41,372 nucleotides of DNA from contig JAUVJU010000002.1 in the NCBI GenBank assembly GCA_030592285.1, positions 1-41,372 of the forward strand. The letters are read 5' to 3'. Below, in pieces: positions 25,897-36,781 of this stretch; the first letter of the stretch is position 1; each line of letters begins with the position of its first letter. The notes under the pieces are model-generated. The model saw only the letters and a list, made by a program, of their open reading frames with translations. It made no database searches and had not been told where the DNA came from. The position numbers were made by a program, and so were the translations under genes. This DNA is from a candidate division WOR-3 bacterium (lineage in GTDB: Bacteria > Hydrothermota > 32-111).

Positions 25897-28800
25897 ATGT
25901 TCCTAAAAAGAGGATTTCTCTACTCAGTAATTATTTTACTTGTAATACTATTTTCCATTAATATGTATGCAGGAGTTACAGGTAAAATTACAGGTAGAGT
26001 TATTGACAAGCAGACAAAGGAAGGGCTCCCCGGTGTTAATGTTATTATACCGGAACTACAGATAGGAGCTGCTACTGATGCTGATGGTTATTACTTCATA
26101 CTTAATGTTCCTGTAGGACAATATTCAGTAACTGCACAAATGATAACCTATGCTTCAGTAATAATGGAGCAGGTTAGGGTTAGTGCGGATATTGCCACAA
26201 CTGTTAATTTTGCTCTTGTTCCACAGGCAATTCAGGTTGAAGGTGTAACTGTTACAGCAAAGAAAAAACTTGTAGAAACAAATATTACATCAAAACAGAG
26301 AACCATTGACCAGGAATTTCTTAGTGAAATGACAGGAAGTGGTGTGATGGAAGTTGTTGCTACAAATGCCGGTATTTCCGGCGAGGGTAATAATTTGCAT
26401 GTAAGAGGCGGAAGAACAGATGAGGTTGGATATATGGTTGACGGTATGTCAATTACTGACCCTGTAAATAAATCCCTTGGAGCAACAATAAACAGAAATG
26501 CTGTTGCTGAAATTACAGTTATGACAGGTGGATTTAGTGCTGAATACGGTGAAGCAATGTCAGGAATTATTAATATTGTTACCAAGGAAGGCGGAAAGTC
26601 ATATAATGGTCAATTGAAATATGAAGGTAATTCATTTCTTCCAGAAGCAATGAATTATGGAGATAATAGAATGGAATTTTCTATTGGCGGTCCTGTTATT
26701 ACTGAGAATATAAGATTCTTTCTTTCAGGCGATGTGAGTTCAACAAATGACTGGTCTCCAAGATTTATTGAAACACCCGATTTCTTTTATACAGGAGACA
26801 GTGCTTTTGTATGGGGTATTCCCACCTATACAGGTACATATGAATATGATTCTATAGGAGATTCAATGTTATGGGTGATTGATGAATCAATTACAAATTA
26901 TGTATGGTCTGACGAAGATGTTCCATATTTTGAATTTAAATATGACACTCTATTTTCAGACAGTTGTGAATGGGTATATGATACTACAATAATTGATTCT
27001 TTAACATTAGCAATTGATTCAAGTTATTTACCTGTATCAATAATTTGGTTCAGTTATCCTGGTATTGACACTGTTCTTGAAAACAGATATGGACCAAATT
27101 ACTGGGACAATCTTGGACCAGCAATGCCTCATCATAAATCACATGAGTATCATGGACAATTAAAATTCACTATTAAACCAACAAATAATTTAAAGATAAA
27201 TTTTGGTGGATTTTTCTCACATCAATCTCTTCAAAGTTATACAAATTCTTTGAAATATAATTTAGAAAAATTTAGATCACAAAATAAAGATGGTTATCAG
27301 GTAAATTCTGTTATTAATTGGATGCTTAATGAAAGAAATTTTCTTACTGTAACAGGTAATTATTTTTATACAACAACAACAAGAGGTCCTGATTTTATTG
27401 ATCCCATCTATTATTATAATGAAGATAATAATTTGGATAGTTTTGTACCGGAAGGACCAGTAATTCCTGAATGGTATGAATTTTGGAAACCATATGTACT
27501 TACTGATACTGTAATGTTTAAAGAATTGCCCAATAATAATGATAAATGGAAATACAATTCTCCATGGGGTTATTGGAATTCATCAATGTATAGAACACAA
27601 TATATATATCCCAATTATTACGGAGCTATGAGTACAAGATATTCCAATTATTGGGCTATAAAAGCCGATTGGACAAGTCAGATTGGCAGATTCCATGAAA
27701 TGAAAACAGGCTTTGAATTTAAAAGATTTGAACTATTTCAATGGGATCTATACTTACCATGGGATCCCAATCCATTTGAAGACAATTATCATACATATCC
27801 CATACAAATGGCTGGCTATGTGCAGGATAAAATGGAATTTGAAGGAATGGTTGTTAATCTTGGTATAAGATTTGATTATATTGCTTCAAATACACCTTAT
27901 TATGTAGATCCTCTTAATGTTTTAGAACCAATTTATACTGACTCATTTGTTGTAGATGCAATTACTGGGGATACAACATTTGTAGGTAGTTTTGCAAATA
28001 CAGATCCAGAGGATCCTGATTGGAATGTGCAGATTGCACAGCCAAAATATCAGATCTCTCCACGACTTGGTATATCACATCCAATAACAGAAACATCTGT
28101 ACTGCATTTCAATTATGGACATTTTTTCCAAACACCTCAAATGGATTATCTATTTAGCGGTATTGGTTTTGATATTTCTAAAAGAGGAAATGCTGTTATT
28201 GGCGATCCCAATCTTGGTGCAGAAAGAACTATTGCCTATGAACTTGGTATTGCAACTCAGATAGGTGCAGATATGGCTATTGATTTTACTGCATATTATA
28301 AAGATATTTTTGGGTTAATTGGAACAAGACAGGTTTTTTCAATACCACAGACATATTATGCATATCAGAATGTAGAATATGGTAATGTAAAGGGCTTTGA
28401 AATTGCATTCCAAAAGGGCGGTAAATACTTTTCAGGAAATATTGCCTATACGCTATCATTTGCAAAGGGAACAGCATCAAGTGCATGGGAGGGCTATACT
28501 ACCAATTATTATTATAGCGATCCTGTAACAGGCGGTGGTTTGGAATTACCAAAGATTCCTTATTATTTGAATTATGATCAGAGACATCTTTTAAACTTTG
28601 TTTTAACATTTAGAATGCCTGAAGGTGAATTACCTATATATGCAGATAATTGGTCACTTACTTTGAATAATTCAATTGCATCGGGTTCGCCATATACACC
28701 TGAGAATCTAAAAGGTGAGATTACAGGCACAAAGAATTCGGAAAGAATGCCTTGGACAATTAATTCAGATTTAAAATTTAGAAAGGGATTCACATTAGGT

Positions 28801-29109
28801 CCTATTACACCGAATTTTTATATTCAGGTATCAAATCTATTAAATATAAAAAATGTTACTTATGTATATGTAACAACAGGTTTACCTGATGAAAATGGAG
28901 AAGTTGCAACATGGAGTGCAAATGATTTTCCTGAAACTTATATAGGAACACCTGGCTATGATGTAAGAAGAGACCTTGATGGTGATGGCATTTGCACATC
29001 TGAAGAGTATTATACTGCTGCTGTTGCATCATATAAAGATCAAATTAATGACCCAACAAATTTCTCCGCTCCGAGAATAGTTACAATCGGATTGGAATTC
29101 TCGTTTTAA
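25897..29109 (+). CDS. TonB-dependent outer-membrane receptor with N-terminal carboxypeptidase-regulatory-like domain
   Basis: It has a signal peptide. The CarbopepD_reg-like segment is ITGRVIDKQTKEGLPGVNVII...DGYYFILNVPVGQYSV. The plug motif is LHVRGGRTDEVGYMVDGMSITDP. It is a long barrel ending in the aromatic terminus LEFSF. Confidence 0.85.
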   Translation: MFLKRGFLYSVIILLVILFSINMYAGVTGKITGRVIDKQTKEGLPGVNVIIPELQIGAATDADGYYFILNVPVGQYSVTAQMITYASVIMEQVRVSADIATTVNFALVPQAIQVEGVTVTAKKKLVETNITSKQRTIDQEFLSEMTGSGVMEVVATNAGISGEGNNLHVRGGRTDEVGYMVDGMSITDPVNKSLGATINRNAVAEITVMTGGFSAEYGEAMSGIINIVTKEGGKSYNGQLKYEGNSFLPEAMNYGDNRMEFSIGGPVITENIRFFLSGDVSSTNDWSPRFIETPDFFYTGDSAFVWGIPTYTGTYEYDSIGDSMLWVIDESITNYVWSDEDVPYFEFKYDTLFSDSCEWVYDTTIIDSLTLAIDSSYLPVSIIWFSYPGIDTVLENRYGPNYWDNLGPAMPHHKSHEYHGQLKFTIKPTNNLKINFGGFFSHQSLQSYTNSLKYNLEKFRSQNKDGYQVNSVINWMLNERNFLTVTGNYFYTTTTRGPDFIDPIYYYNEDNNLDSFVPEGPVIPEWYEFWKPYVLTDTVMFKELPNNNDKWKYNSPWGYWNSSMYRTQYIYPNYYGAMSTRYSNYWAIKADWTSQIGRFHEMKTGFEFKRFELFQWDLYLPWDPNPFEDNYHTYPIQMAGYVQDKMEFEGMVVNLGIRFDYIASNTPYYVDPLNVLEPIYTDSFVVDAITGDTTFVGSFANTDPEDPDWNVQIAQPKYQISPRLGISHPITETSVLHFNYGHFFQTPQMDYLFSGIGFDISKRGNAVIGDPNLGAERTIAYELGIATQIGADMAIDFTAYYKDIFGLIGTRQVFSIPQTYYAYQNVEYGNVKGFEIAFQKGGKYFSGNIAYTLSFAKGTASSAWEGYTTNYYYSDPVTGGGLELPKIPYYLNYDQRHLLNFVLTFRMPEGELPIYADNWSLTLNNSIASGSPYTPENLKGEITGTKNSERMPWTINSDLKFRKGFTLGPITPNFYIQVSNLLNIKNVTYVYVTTGLPDENGEVATWSANDFPETYIGTPGYDVRRDLDGDGICTSEEYYTAAVASYKDQINDPTNFSAPRIVTIGLEFSF

Positions 29110-29124
29110 TAATTGGAGGAATGT

Positions 29125-32100
29125 ATGAATAGATTATTTAAAACAATTTTATTAATTTCTATTATTGTTCTTCTCATTCTTCCATTATTTGCCCGCACTG
29201 CAGCTGATGCAGATGAGATGGGTAGAAAATGGAGTATGGAATGGGCAGACATTGGTCAGTTAAATATGACTATAACCAATTATGGTATACTTGGTCATAA
29301 TGTGCTTACTGGCAGTTCTGGAGGATACTGGCCTACAGGTTATCCTGCTGAAAATTATATATTTGGTTCTGGAATATGGTTAGGAGCCCTTATTGATACT
29401 GGCTTTAAAGTGATTGATGGAGATACGATCATATTGAAAGATACACTAGTATCTATTGGCTATAATCCGAATTCTGCTTCCAGTGAAATGGTTCCAGGCG
29501 ATGGTTCGGATGCTCCTGCATATTCAAATGAGTATGAAAAAGTTTATAAATCAACATCCAACTGGCCCCCCTGCAATGCTGCTGGTGATGTAATATTTGA
29601 TTCTACTGTATCAATGCAGGATACATATTGTGAATATTCTGATAAGGATCCATCAGCACATTTTCATGAAGATAATTTGCCACTTGGTTTTGAGATCAGA
29701 CAATCAACCTATGCATGGGTAGGACCATTAAAAGAAGATATTATTTTTGTGGTTTTTAGAATCAAAAATGCAAGAGAAGATGGAAAACAATTAAACAAAT
29801 GTTTTATGGGAATAACAACTGATTGTGATATAGGAAATGAATCAGGAACAGCAGCCAATGACCTTTTGGGATTTATTGATACAATGACATTGGATGGTGA
29901 TACGGTTGTTACACAAATGAATCTTGGTTATCAATTTCAATTGGAATCTGAAGCCGGCTGGGCTCATGATCCTGGTGTGGTTGCATATAAATATATGGAA
30001 TCACCAATTGCAACTGAAGAAATTGATGTTTATCATGATGGTTCTGTTGTTATTACTCCCGGATATGATACTATCATAAATGAAAGCACAGGAGAAATCA
30101 TTGAAATAAAGGCACGCGAAATAGGAATGACAACATTCAATCATTTTACACTTGCAACAGATCCAACAACAAAACAGCAAAGATATCAGGTAATGGCGGG
30201 ATACAATCATTTGAATTGGGATCCCAATAATCCTGAATCGGCTTTTAGTCCTTTCCCTGACTGGGGCAGCAATAATGCCGGTTATCCGGGGCAGAATATG
30301 GATCCATCTCTGGCAGGAGATAAAAGATATATAATGGCTTCAGGACCCTTTAGTTTACCTAATGATTCAACAGTAACTGTTGTTATAGCTATAATGGTTG
30401 CAAAGACCATTAATGAACTGTTACCAAAGGCAATTACTGCACAATCAGTATATGATGCTGGATTTAAGGGACCTGTGGCTCCTGGTATGGTGAATTTTTC
30501 AGCAAAGGGACTAAATAAAAAAGTAATGCTGTATTGGGATAATAGTGTTGAAAAAATTGCTGATCCATATTATGAAGATGCAGGTGATCCGGGTGATTCT
30601 TTATCGCCGAATCTGCTCTATAACCCAACTTACAGAGAGTTTGATGTTGAGGGTTATAAAATTTACAGATCAAAGACCGGGGCAGGCGGTACATGGGATA
30701 TGCTTGCTCAGTATGATCTGATAAATGAATTCACAGCAGTAATTTATGATTCAACAATTACATATGATCAATTTGGAGCACCAACAATTACATATCTTTA
30801 TGAATCACTTGGAACAAATACAGGTGTACCATATTTTTATATTGATTCAAATCTTGTAAATGGAATATCATATCATTATATGATAAATGCCAATGATTAC
30901 AATTTTAATTCATACCATGTTCATGGTACTGATACAACCCCTGCTGAACCACTTTTCCTTGAAGGTGCAGGAAAGGATATTACGACAATACCAAGAATGC
31001 CTACATTGAATTATATTGCCCCAACTTATGATATTGTTATTCAAAGTACTTTTACAATATTTGAATATGATGGTGATACAGTAAAACCTACTAATATTAC
31101 TATTCATCCTGTTGATCAAAATAAATTGGACATAAGTGTTAATCTGATTGTTGATACATTAATAGGAAAAATGCCAGAAGGCACTTATTTTGATTTGAAA
31201 TTTGTAAATATTGGAACTACAGGTACACATCCTTTTTACACATATTCTTTGTTTAAACATATTGGCGGTAATGCAACAGGTACTTTGATTGGTTCAGCAA
31301 TCATGGGAATGGAAGATTATTCTTTTGTAAATGATGAAAATGATCTTCAAACAATATGGAAACGAAAAAATTCAAGTGCAAACACTTCGGATGGTATTGC
31401 CTTTGATATTAATGATTTTGAAATTGATCCATCAATATGGCCGGCAACGGATTCTTTATTGAATGTTAAAACCTATGGAGCATATAATGAGTCAATTATT
31501 AAAATGGGTTTTGTTCCTACTGCAAAAATATTTTTCAGCGGTTCAAAATGGTATCAAATAATATGGAATGAAGTAACAATAAATGATACAATAAATTTAA
31601 CTTGCGAAATTTGGGATAAACAAAACAATAGAGAAATTCCATATGACTCATCTTCAATAGGAGATTGCTGGCATTTCAATAATTCTACAACCAGTGGACC
31701 ATATGAGCAATATATGAAAGAGAATTCAGTAACAAATGTTAGATTAGGATTATATTTACCCTATATTAAAATGATGTTTAATCAGACAACAAGACCATCA
31801 CCAATGAATTGGGCAGATAGACCTGCTGATGGAGACATTTGGGATATATTAATTAATATTCCTGATACAACAACATATGAAATGCCTCCTTTAGGAGCTG
31901 AATTTACAATTAATTTCACACCTTGTGAATTTGGAGATATTGCTGACTCTCAACTCAACAATATAAAGGTTGTACCTAATCCTTATGTAGTAAGATGTGA
32001 ATTTGATCTGGATTATACTTATAGAAAAATTTACTTCACTAATTTACCAAATGAATGTACTATTCATATTTATACACTTTCAGGTGATAAGATAAAAACC

Positions 32101-32295
32101 ATTGAACATAATACTGAATTCTACAGATATAAGTCAGCAACAGATTCAACACTTGTAAATGATATAACGGATGGTGCAGCATCATGGAATATTCTTACAA
32201 ATAATGACCAGATACCGGCTCCCGGTTTATATCTATACAAGGTCATTACTCCATCGGGTGCATCTATTATTGGTAAATTTGCAATTATTAAGTAG
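29125..32295 (+). CDS. Large secreted protein (1056 aa) with FN3-like segment and T9SS/FlgD-like C-terminal sorting domain
   Basis: I prefer the ATG at 29125, after a GGAGGA RBS; the listed 29113 is TTG. The signal peptide is MNRLFKTILLISIIVLLILPLFA. An FN3-like segment is FDVEGYKIYRSKTGAGGTW. The CTD is VVPNPY...CTIHIYTLSGDKIKTI...GLYLYKVITPSGASIIGKFAIIK. Confidence 0.7.
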   Translation: MNRLFKTILLISIIVLLILPLFARTAADADEMGRKWSMEWADIGQLNMTITNYGILGHNVLTGSSGGYWPTGYPAENYIFGSGIWLGALIDTGFKVIDGDTIILKDTLVSIGYNPNSASSEMVPGDGSDAPAYSNEYEKVYKSTSNWPPCNAAGDVIFDSTVSMQDTYCEYSDKDPSAHFHEDNLPLGFEIRQSTYAWVGPLKEDIIFVVFRIKNAREDGKQLNKCFMGITTDCDIGNESGTAANDLLGFIDTMTLDGDTVVTQMNLGYQFQLESEAGWAHDPGVVAYKYMESPIATEEIDVYHDGSVVITPGYDTIINESTGEIIEIKAREIGMTTFNHFTLATDPTTKQQRYQVMAGYNHLNWDPNNPESAFSPFPDWGSNNAGYPGQNMDPSLAGDKRYIMASGPFSLPNDSTVTVVIAIMVAKTINELLPKAITAQSVYDAGFKGPVAPGMVNFSAKGLNKKVMLYWDNSVEKIADPYYEDAGDPGDSLSPNLLYNPTYREFDVEGYKIYRSKTGAGGTWDMLAQYDLINEFTAVIYDSTITYDQFGAPTITYLYESLGTNTGVPYFYIDSNLVNGISYHYMINANDYNFNSYHVHGTDTTPAEPLFLEGAGKDITTIPRMPTLNYIAPTYDIVIQSTFTIFEYDGDTVKPTNITIHPVDQNKLDISVNLIVDTLIGKMPEGTYFDLKFVNIGTTGTHPFYTYSLFKHIGGNATGTLIGSAIMGMEDYSFVNDENDLQTIWKRKNSSANTSDGIAFDINDFEIDPSIWPATDSLLNVKTYGAYNESIIKMGFVPTAKIFFSGSKWYQIIWNEVTINDTINLTCEIWDKQNNREIPYDSSSIGDCWHFNNSTTSGPYEQYMKENSVTNVRLGLYLPYIKMMFNQTTRPSPMNWADRPADGDIWDILINIPDTTTYEMPPLGAEFTINFTPCEFGDIADSQLNNIKVVPNPYVVRCEFDLDYTYRKIYFTNLPNECTIHIYTLSGDKIKTIEHNTEFYRYKSATDSTLVNDITDGAASWNILTNNDQIPAPGLYLYKVITPSGASIIGKFAIIK

Positions 32296-32303
32296 GAGGA
32301 TTG

Positions 32304-33365
32304 ATGAAAAAATTAATTACACTAACTATTGTCCTCTTATTTGTTGTTACTTCGCTAATGGCAACCAATGAAGGTACTGCGGGAGCACAGTTTTTAAAGA
32401 TGATGGTTAGCGGAAGAGCAACTTCAATGGGAGGTGCATTCACAGCACTTGCTGATGATGCCTCAGCACTTTATTATAATCCTGCAGGACTTGTTAGATT
32501 AAATAAAAATGAAATACTTTTTAATTATTTAAAATGGCCTGCTGATATAGGTTTTTCTTATATTGGAATGGTATTTCCAATGGGTGTTAATGGAGCATTT
32601 GGAATACAGGCAGGATTATTGTCTGTTCCATCAATGGAGGTTACAACAATTGAGAGTCCAGAAGGAACAGGCGAATATTTCAGTGTTTCAAATTATTATG
32701 TAGGATTATCCTATTCAAAATACTTTACTGATAAATTATCGGTTGGTATTACAGGAAAATTTGTTCAAGAAATCATATATGATGCTTCTTCAACAATGAT
32801 GGCAATTGATCTTGGTGCAACCTATTTAACCGGTTTTAAATCATTAAGAATAGGTATGGCAATCAGGAATTTCGGTTCCGATGGTCAATTTACAGGCGGT
32901 ACGATTTTACAGGAACAGTATCAAATATGGAATGATGGTCAACAGTTTGTTAATGTATCTCTTGTAACAGAGCCATATCCATTACCATTGAATTTCAATG
33001 TTGGTATTGCTTATGATTTTCTTGAAGGTCCAGACAATTTTCTTACCACTACTTTTGATTTCCAAAATCCAAGTGATGGTGATGAGATTTTAAGAATTGG
33101 AACTGAATACAGTTTTCAGAAAATGGCATTTCTTCGTTTCGGCTATATAGTTGATTATGAAAGAATTTCAGAAATGCTTTCTGGAGAAAAGGTGCTTGGA
33201 GCATATACAACAGAGGAAAAAATTCAGGGATTTACAGCAGGTGTTGGATTCAATACAGCTATTACAGGCTTTAATGTTGGAGTAGATTATTCATTCACAG
33301 GAATGGGACTTCTTGGTGATGGCTTTATGAATGGTCACAGGGTCTCTCTTACAGTAGCATTCTAA
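32304..33365 (+). CDS. PorV/PorQ-family (UPF0164-like) outer-membrane beta-barrel protein
   Basis: An AGGAGG RBS precedes it, and I prefer the ATG at 32304. After the signal peptide comes GTAGAQFLKMMVSGRATSMGGAFTALADDASALYYNPAGL, typical of the PorV/PorQ family. The C-terminus is LTVAF. Confidence 0.7.
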   Translation: MKKLITLTIVLLFVVTSLMATNEGTAGAQFLKMMVSGRATSMGGAFTALADDASALYYNPAGLVRLNKNEILFNYLKWPADIGFSYIGMVFPMGVNGAFGIQAGLLSVPSMEVTTIESPEGTGEYFSVSNYYVGLSYSKYFTDKLSVGITGKFVQEIIYDASSTMMAIDLGATYLTGFKSLRIGMAIRNFGSDGQFTGGTILQEQYQIWNDGQQFVNVSLVTEPYPLPLNFNVGIAYDFLEGPDNFLTTTFDFQNPSDGDEILRIGTEYSFQKMAFLRFGYIVDYERISEMLSGEKVLGAYTTEEKIQGFTAGVGFNTAITGFNVGVDYSFTGMGLLGDGFMNGHRVSLTVAF

Positions 33366-33376
33366 CATTTTTTAAT

Positions 33377-33405
33377 TTAAGGGAGGACAAAATGTCCTCC
33401 CTTAA
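33377..33405 (+). terminator. Perfect 13-bp hairpin after the PorV-like gene
   Basis: ttaagggaggaca (33377-33389) pairs with tgtcctcccttaa (33393-33405) around a 3-nt loop. No clear U-tract follows, so intrinsic-terminator function is uncertain. Confidence 0.45.
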
Positions 33406-33520
33406 AATTACAAGTAGCAAGAAAGAAATGAATAGCCAATAAGGTTATTCCGAGTAAATCACAGGAATAATTATTGCTGCATCCGATAAAGTGGATTCGC
33501 AATGACCAAGAAAATACTAT

Positions 33521-35356
33521 ATGAGAATTTTCTTAATACTTTTTTTATTACCAATCATAATATATTCATCAACAAATATTTCTATTTTTGCAGCTGCTGA
33601 TAATTCACTGTATTACACTTTAAATAACAATCTTGAATCAATCAGAAAGGGAACAGAAAACATTGATGATATTACAGTATTTATTTTGGCAGATACACCA
33701 TTTTCAACATATCATATAAAAATATTTAATGGTTATATAGATACCCTATCAGTAACAACAAATATAAATGCAGGTAATAGCGAGACAGTAAAGGATTTTT
33801 TTATTAATAGTTTTAATGCTTATAAAGCGGATAAAAATATTGTTATAATGTGGAGTCATGGAACTGATTGGTATGAATCAAAATCAATCTTAAATGATAA
33901 TAATCCAATGGATTATATTTCTATTATAAATGGTGAATTTAGGAATATATTTGAATGTATTAATAGATCCATTGGCAGAAAGATTGATATGATAATATTT
34001 GATGCCTGTGATATGCAATCAGCAGAGGTCCTTTATGAATTAAAGGACTTTGTGAATGTCTCAATAGGCAGTCAAATAAGAAGCCCATATAATGGTTATC
34101 CCTATGAGAGTATGATGAAAATATTTCATAAAGAATCTGATATATATGCTGCAGGTGAATGTATTGTTGAATCATTTTTTGAATTATACTTAGATTCATT
34201 GGATTCATTACAGGTATCTTTAGTTGATATTACAAAAATTAATGAGATCATAAATGATGGAATTGAATATGGCATAGATTCTTTTAATAGAACAGGAGTT
34301 CTTGATGTTTCATTTCCTCAGGAAATATTATCCGAATGTGTTTATAATAGAACAGATAGGGTAAACATTACAGGGCTTAAATTGTTTTTTCCTGAGGATT
34401 ATAAATCATTTAAGTATTATTATGAGGATTATATAAAACTCAGTATTGATAATGACTATAATATTATAAAAAATGAATTTCCATATTATTCTACAAATGA
34501 TCTAATTCCTCCACTTGCAATTGATTCATTTGATATTATTAGTAAAGGGTATTCAAACTATCAATTATTATTTAATGTTCCATATGATTTTAATGATTTG
34601 AGAGGATACAATATTGACTTGATTAAGATTGAGGATATGCTCAATTATGATTTTAATGATACCATCATTCCATTTTATGGTGATTACTCACCCTATGAAT
34701 ATACCAGTAAACCATATTCTATTTTAACAGATACATTTTACATTGATACTACTATACCATTTAGTAGTTCCATTATTAGTTTGAATGTAAAAGGTATGTC
34801 TGACACATCATTTGTTCGGATAGTGTCAGATTATAGAGAAGATACATTAATGGTTCATAATAACAGAGATTGGAAAACGATAAATGGATTTTGTAAAGGT
34901 AATAGTATAAAAATTATTTATTCAGGAAAAGGTGATAAAGCATATTTTGATGATATTTCAATCTACTTAGGAAATGAGCCATATAATATTTTTAGTTCTA
35001 ATAATAATAATTTATTTCATAAATTAGAGCAGGGTGATTATGCTGTAATTGTTAATGCAGTGGACATAAAAGGTAATATATGTAATACTGGCAGTATATA
35101 TGAATTTACAGTGATTGATCCATTGAAACCCTATGTTTATCCAAATCCTGCAAGTGATTTTATTAATATTAAAACAGATATTATTGGTGACTATGATATA
35201 AATATATTTTCATCAGACGGAAAGAATATTATAAATAGAACAGGACAAACAGATAGCGGAATTATAAGAATTGGATTTGATAACTTGAATTTAAAAACAG
35301 GTATATATTTTTTTACTATTAATTCAAAAAAAGGAAAATTTGCAATTACAAAATGA
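33521..35356 (+). CDS. Clostripain-like (C11 family) cysteine peptidase with T9SS C-terminal sorting domain
   Basis: The His/Cys dyad context is IVIMWSHGTDW and MIIFDACDMQSAEVLYEL. The CTD is YVYPNPASDFINIKT...INIFSSDGKNI...GIYFFTINSKKGKFAITK. Confidence 0.7.
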   Translation: MRIFLILFLLPIIIYSSTNISIFAAADNSLYYTLNNNLESIRKGTENIDDITVFILADTPFSTYHIKIFNGYIDTLSVTTNINAGNSETVKDFFINSFNAYKADKNIVIMWSHGTDWYESKSILNDNNPMDYISIINGEFRNIFECINRSIGRKIDMIIFDACDMQSAEVLYELKDFVNVSIGSQIRSPYNGYPYESMMKIFHKESDIYAAGECIVESFFELYLDSLDSLQVSLVDITKINEIINDGIEYGIDSFNRTGVLDVSFPQEILSECVYNRTDRVNITGLKLFFPEDYKSFKYYYEDYIKLSIDNDYNIIKNEFPYYSTNDLIPPLAIDSFDIISKGYSNYQLLFNVPYDFNDLRGYNIDLIKIEDMLNYDFNDTIIPFYGDYSPYEYTSKPYSILTDTFYIDTTIPFSSSIISLNVKGMSDTSFVRIVSDYREDTLMVHNNRDWKTINGFCKGNSIKIIYSGKGDKAYFDDISIYLGNEPYNIFSSNNNNLFHKLEQGDYAVIVNAVDIKGNICNTGSIYEFTVIDPLKPYVYPNPASDFINIKTDIIGDYDINIFSSDGKNIINRTGQTDSGIIRIGFDNLNLKTGIYFFTINSKKGKFAITK

Positions 35357-36219
35357 TAAGTATAATAATTATTAATTATAACGGAAAACGGTTTATAACA
35401 CCTCTGATAAAATCGCTGCAAAATCAATCATATAATGACTTTGAAATAATTATAATTGATAATAATAGTGAAGAGGCATTATATTGTGATTATATATTCA
35501 ATTTTGAAAAAATAAAATTTATTAGTCATAAAAAAAATTGTGGGTTTCCATATGCAGTTAATCAGGGTATAAAAATTGCATGTTCTGAAAATATTGTACT
35601 TCTAAATAATGATATATATCTTGATGAAAAATTTCTTGAAAATGCATTCTATCATTTAAGTAATAGTACTAAAACATTTTATGCTCCATTGGTTCTTAAT
35701 TATACAGGTTCATTCATTGATTCAGCGGGTGATGGCATTAATAGGGAAATGAAGCCATTTAAAAGAATGCATAAGGAAAAAGCAAATAAAGAAATTGAAA
35801 AAGCAAATGTAATGGGATTTTCTATGTCTGCCTGCTATTTTAAAAGGCATGATTTTAATAGAGTGGGAGGAATGAGAAATAAATATTTTCTGTATTTTGA
35901 GGATGTAGATTTTTCAATGAGAGCATTATCAAAGGGATATAATATAGAATTTCAGCCAGATACAGTATGCTATCATTATATATCAGCTGTAACAAAGAAA
36001 TTAACGGGAAATGATTATTCTCCGCTGAAAACATTCTATGAGGCAAGAAACAGGATACTGCTTTTAAGGAATTTGAAACCAATAAGTTTATTTATCAATA
36101 TGCCGTTTATCCTTAAAGGAACTTTCTCATCAATTATTTTTCATAGTATTAAAACAGGTTATGTATTTGATTATATTTCAGGTATTATTAATGGTACAAA
36201 TACCTCGAGGTATTTATGA
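35353..36219 (+). CDS. Family 2 glycosyltransferase
   Basis: The ATGA start overlaps the upstream gene. Motifs are ISIIIINYNG, FEIIIIDNNS and YFEDVDFSMRA. Confidence 0.85.
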   Translation: MISIIIINYNGKRFITPLIKSLQNQSYNDFEIIIIDNNSEEALYCDYIFNFEKIKFISHKKNCGFPYAVNQGIKIACSENIVLLNNDIYLDEKFLENAFYHLSNSTKTFYAPLVLNYTGSFIDSAGDGINREMKPFKRMHKEKANKEIEKANVMGFSMSACYFKRHDFNRVGGMRNKYFLYFEDVDFSMRALSKGYNIEFQPDTVCYHYISAVTKKLTGNDYSPLKTFYEARNRILLLRNLKPISLFINMPFILKGTFSSIIFHSIKTGYVFDYISGIINGTNTSRYL

Positions 36220-36781
36220 AGTATTTACTGATTGTTTTTAATTGCTCTGGGTTTTGTCATTGCAATGAACGAAACGATGGGGTTGAAGATTCGCCGTGTC
36301 GGGGATTTGCTGTGCTGCAAACTCGCCGTGGTGAGGTGAGGCGAACAATCTCCTTATTGACTATTCATTCTTTTCGGATCCGTCACACAATCAACGGATG
36401 TCACATTCTGAATAAATTGAAGAATGTATTAAATATTAACAATTATTTACATTTTATTCTTTCTCGCTCCCTCACACAATCAATAAGAGAAGCTGCAGCG
36501 AGTAGAATAAATGCCATTTGTACCAAAGATGTACATTCCGAACAATTTGAGGAATGTATTGATTATATTGATTGTCTTTGTCCGCTTGAATCCGTTTTTA
36601 TTCTGAGTAATATTGCTTTTATTGTTTGTCTTCCTCCGCAGAAAAGATACATTCTGAGGAATTCGAAAAATATGTTTGTAGGGACAGGGCTTGACCTGTC
36701 CACCAATATGTGCGTCATTAATAATTTGAGGAATATGTTGGAATCCAGTATTATCTTTGTAATTGGGAGAAACAATAGCGT
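36220..36781. repeat. Mosaic repeat island I5, inserted between two glycosyltransferase genes
   Basis: The X hairpin pairs atccgt with acggat (36378-36399), and a second X lies near 36462-36500. Y palindromes lie at 36403-36427, 36532-36558, 36649-36675 and 36719-36747. The Z module tgtcttcctccgcagaaaag is at 36627-36646. There is a GC hairpin, gggacagggcttgacctgtcc, near 36681-36701. Confidence 0.85.
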
